A program made the position numbers and the translations under genes. 64,000 nt of DNA from Azolla caroliniana (lineage: Eukaryota > Plantae > Polypodiophyta), in contig JBHGNT010000002.1 in NCBI GenBank assembly GCA_043228905.1, positions 20,088,001 through 20,152,000 of the forward strand. The letters run 5' to 3'. The notes under the pieces were generated by a model. The model saw only the letters and a list, made by a program, of their open reading frames with translations. It was not told where the DNA came from and did not search any database. This document shows, one piece after another, positions 60,418-64,000 of the stretch. How positions within the stretch are numbered: position 1 is the stretch's first letter; each line of letters starts with the position of its first letter.

Positions 60418-60902
60418 CATAAATTCAAGTGGGGGAATGTATGTTGGATATCATGGTAGGCCCCATTTGACAGATACGAAGATTAGGAGGAGGGGATGAT
60501 GGTCGTGATAAAGGCATAAGATATCTCATTTTCTACCATTGACAATATCCACTCAATTCCCATCAATGCCAAAACTCAAGTCATGCAAGAATTGGTCAGT
60601 CCAACAATACAATGGATCCTATGGAAACAATGCAATAGGTGGGTCTTCTCCCATCAAATCGTGCATCATGTGATGTTATTGTAGGAGATATGGAGTGAAC
60701 CTATAGCCATGCCAAAGAGCTAATACATTGGCATCACAAGCAGATCCGATGGAGCTGAAAGACAATGATTAGCTTTCATCCAACAATGGTCGTCTACTCC
60801 CTTTCTTGAGTTAGTGAGCCTCCACATAAGGTGGAACTATCGTGTCTCTACTGGGATTTGTACATAACATTCTTAGAAGGAGTTTTGTTTTTGGAAAAAA
60901 AA
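60418..60902 (+). mobile_element. 5'-truncated LINE copy (same family), more decayed
   Basis: AAGTGGGGGAATGTATGTTGG, TGGAAACAA and TTCATCCAACAATGGTC blocks shared with 56533-57231; A tail; left end approximate. Confidence 0.82.
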
Positions 60903-62125
60903 GATAATCTTTTACGAACACCTACAAAGTTTTTTTTCTCTATTTATATTTATCTAGTAAGGGCTTTGTTTTTAGTTTGTCTTATGGCCAAAATTTCTTC
61001 AATATGAACACTATTCATTTTCTTATAGTCTTTTATGGTATCAAAGTGTGTTATCTATACATGTGTTATACTTCATTATATTTAATTTCCTCTTTTTTGA
61101 GATAATTAAGTGGCCCATGTATGTCATGTGCGTCCTCTTTAACCAATCCGTTCTTCGCTTCTTTGTTTTTCTTGGCATATTATTTATCTATGCTCTAAGA
61201 TGTGCATATATATTTGTGTTTGGTTACAAAATAGGTTATAATAGGCTATGTATCGGAGTTGTCTGCATATTTAAGTATCAAATGTTAAATAGTTGCTCAA
61301 ATTCGAGGAATATATTTCTCCATAATGTATGATATTTAACAAGATTGTTTGTAGGTGTATTTGATTCTTGATTTATGTTGTATGACATGTTTCACTTTTA
61401 ATTTTGGCAATATTTTCATCAAAATTTTAGTTCGTCACTAAAGTTTTAATTCTCATAGAGTTTGTCATGATAACAAAGGTTTGAGGTCAATTGAAATTCT
61501 ACTTGATGAACTTATATAAAATTAGTTATATTTTTTGATGTGTTGTTGAAGATCGACCTTCTTAGTAACACTGTACATAAGGTCTAGATTTAAAAAATAA
61601 AGATTGTTTCTATATTAGTGTACTACTATATTTCCATAATCTTATACAACCTTTTGTCAAGGAGTGTGCTCACAATAGTTTTAGATTGCTGATGTTAAAA
61701 GGGAACACTTTAGCTACTTCGATCAAATCCTTGTAAGCACAAATTGGTCGTTAAAATTTGACCTTGGTGCTCCAGTTACAATTAAGTGGAGGCATTCGCC
61801 CCATAGCGAAATGTGCAATGACAATGAGCCCCCTACAAGATAATACTTTATCTTCTAGATTGTTTTTTAGGCACACATTTCTTCAAAAACAAAAAACAAA
61901 AAAAGCAAAAGCATGAATACAAGCACAAGCATGATTAGATGTAGAAGCACAAGCGAAAAGGTCGAAAGCAAAGAATCACAAGAAAAAGACCAAATGTTGA
62001 GAATGTACGTTTGAGTTTCTTGGGGGAAAACAAAGCTATGTTAATGGGTTTACTTTTCCTTTTTGTTCTTCCTCTTTTGATTTGAACCTTCGACTTCCAA
62101 AAGGCGAAAGAAAAAAGAAGGTATG

Positions 62126-62176
<51 letters not shown>

Positions 62177-62989
62177 TTCTATTTTTTTCGGGGGTCCGTG
62201 GAATGTTTGTCTCTCACATGTCACCCTCTCTTTCTTTCCTTTAAAAAAAAAACACATTTTGGGGTCACGAGTGGAAGATTCCATCGACTTAAAAAGATAA
62301 AAAGAACACGAATTAAATATCATAAGAATGTTTTTATTTCATGCTTTTTTGAAACTATCGACGGAATGTTTTCGTTCTTCGTATTTTATAAGCTTCGCTC
62401 TTTCTCTCTCTGCCCACCTCTCCCTTTCTTTTCTCTTTTTTCTCTATGAGTTCATCTTGTTGTTCCTACAGTTTTAGGAACTTCCAGACTATTAGACTAC
62501 TGTCTACCACTACAGGAACCTCAAACAACTTCAGATATCATGAATCTATCTTTGGTTATTGATCTATTGATAGTGGGTAATTGTTTTTAAACCTTGCACA
62601 ACTAGATAGATAGATGCTTGTGTTCCTTCGTATTTTCTTTGCACACATGGCTCAACTACTACTAAAATTTGACACGCTTCAAATCACATGGATTGGTCAA
62701 ATGATCAATGTGTTGCAAAATTACGACCCATCCCTACAACCAACCATTGTAATAATATTGAGAATTTTAATAATAATCCTTATTTTGTACTCAACCTAGT
62801 GATAAATTGTTTCTTGATACTGAAACACATACACATACACATACACATATATTATCTCTCCTTTCATCTATTCATATCCTATATATGTGAATAAATTATA
62901 TATCTCTTCAACAATTTTGTGTTTCCTAATTCACAAATTTATCTCCTAAACCAATATGCTTTACCTCTCTTGTGAATTCTATTACACAT

Positions 62990-64000
62990 GGCACACACAT
63001 TCTCTAATTTTAAATTGGTCACTTTCTAGTATCTATCCTTCTTTTCCCCATTCTCTTCATGATGTGAATCCTTGTTGCTTTGTGCAAGTGTTTATAAAAT
63101 TGTAATGCAATTTGTTCTAGCATGTGAGTTCTTTCTTCTAGAGAAAGAACCATTTTTTCCATGGGGAGATTCTTACTTTTTCTATACTTTGGTATACGCA
63201 TTTGAGACATGACATGTTCTAGATCTTCCCAACAACTTTTGAGAAGTGGAGTCCAACCAAAAACTACTTTTATGTGAGATCTAGAACAAACAAAGGCATT
63301 TTAGTCAATTGGGATGTTCTTTGTTCACCACAATTACTAGAGTTCCTAAGATTTATAGCTAGATGAGAACATCACCATTTGCTTCTATCTTGTGAAAAGT
63401 TTTGTAGGCGATTGGTTAAAGCTAGTGGGCCATGAGCTCGACATTGTCTTCTCTAGTGGCAACAATGCTTTCTACTCACTTGTGTATCCATAGGATACAT
63501 GAAAGTTTGTTTATGCAACATATAAGCATAGAAACCAAAGTCTCTGATAACACATACCACACACAAAACTACTAGTTACTTCAAATAATATTGTGCCAAC
63601 AATAACCTCTTGTGGGCAATACAAGTTTTGAATTTCTTAATTATTAGCATGTTTGTAGCATAAAACTATGCCAACACATGAAAGAGAAACATCAACCAAT
63701 CATTCGTTCACTTTTTCTCTTTCTTAAGCTAGTCCATATGAGAGTTGTTGCTTAGGCTCATGGGTCAATCCCTAAACCCTAAATCCCCAACTTGTGTTTA
63801 TCCTTCAACCCTCCAATCTCATTTTTTATCTCTGAACCCTTATATGAAAATTTCTACAACTAAATTCACAGATAAATGTTTTTTTTTTCTTTCCTTGATA
63901 ACTCTTCCTTTTAGTCATATGAAGATGAACATTTGGAACACATTGTATAAAAGTCTACTCCATTATCTTGCACCAATTTGGACAAACCATTAGCAATTCT
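62990..64000 (-). mobile_element. Highly decayed LINE ORF2-like remnant (similar remnants suspected at about 24300-25370 and 57260-57925)
   Basis: Weak linker-like peptide LEQIALQFYKHL and sequence composition; no clean catalytic motif. Confidence 0.35.

Overview
Eukaryotic nuclear DNA from a land plant (probably a non-seed plant; this is inference). Positions 1-42.8 kb are an island of nested, decayed transposons: several Ty1/Copia elements, two related Ty3/Gypsy elements with tRNA-Trp-type primer-binding sites, an ORF1+APE-RT LINE, 5'-truncated LINE copies, solo LTRs and a hAT-like MITE. Many junctions can be resolved to the base by their target-site duplications (TSDs). Embedded in the island is a tandem array of nine tRNA-Ile(UAU) genes/pseudogenes (19.55-22.8 kb). 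The only intact host protein gene is a two-exon class B heat-shock transcription factor (HsfB4-like, minus strand, 50783-53175, 739 aa), swollen by microsatellite-derived tracts, one of them inside the DNA-binding domain. Main leads: the tRNA-Ile array and its link to TE insertions, tRNA-like Pol III modules inside two unrelated LTRs, a pol-less Trp-primed Gypsy with a long Gag-fused low-complexity frame and a 4-bp TSD, and a three-LTR Copia chimera. All coordinates and alignments were read by eye; no searches were run.
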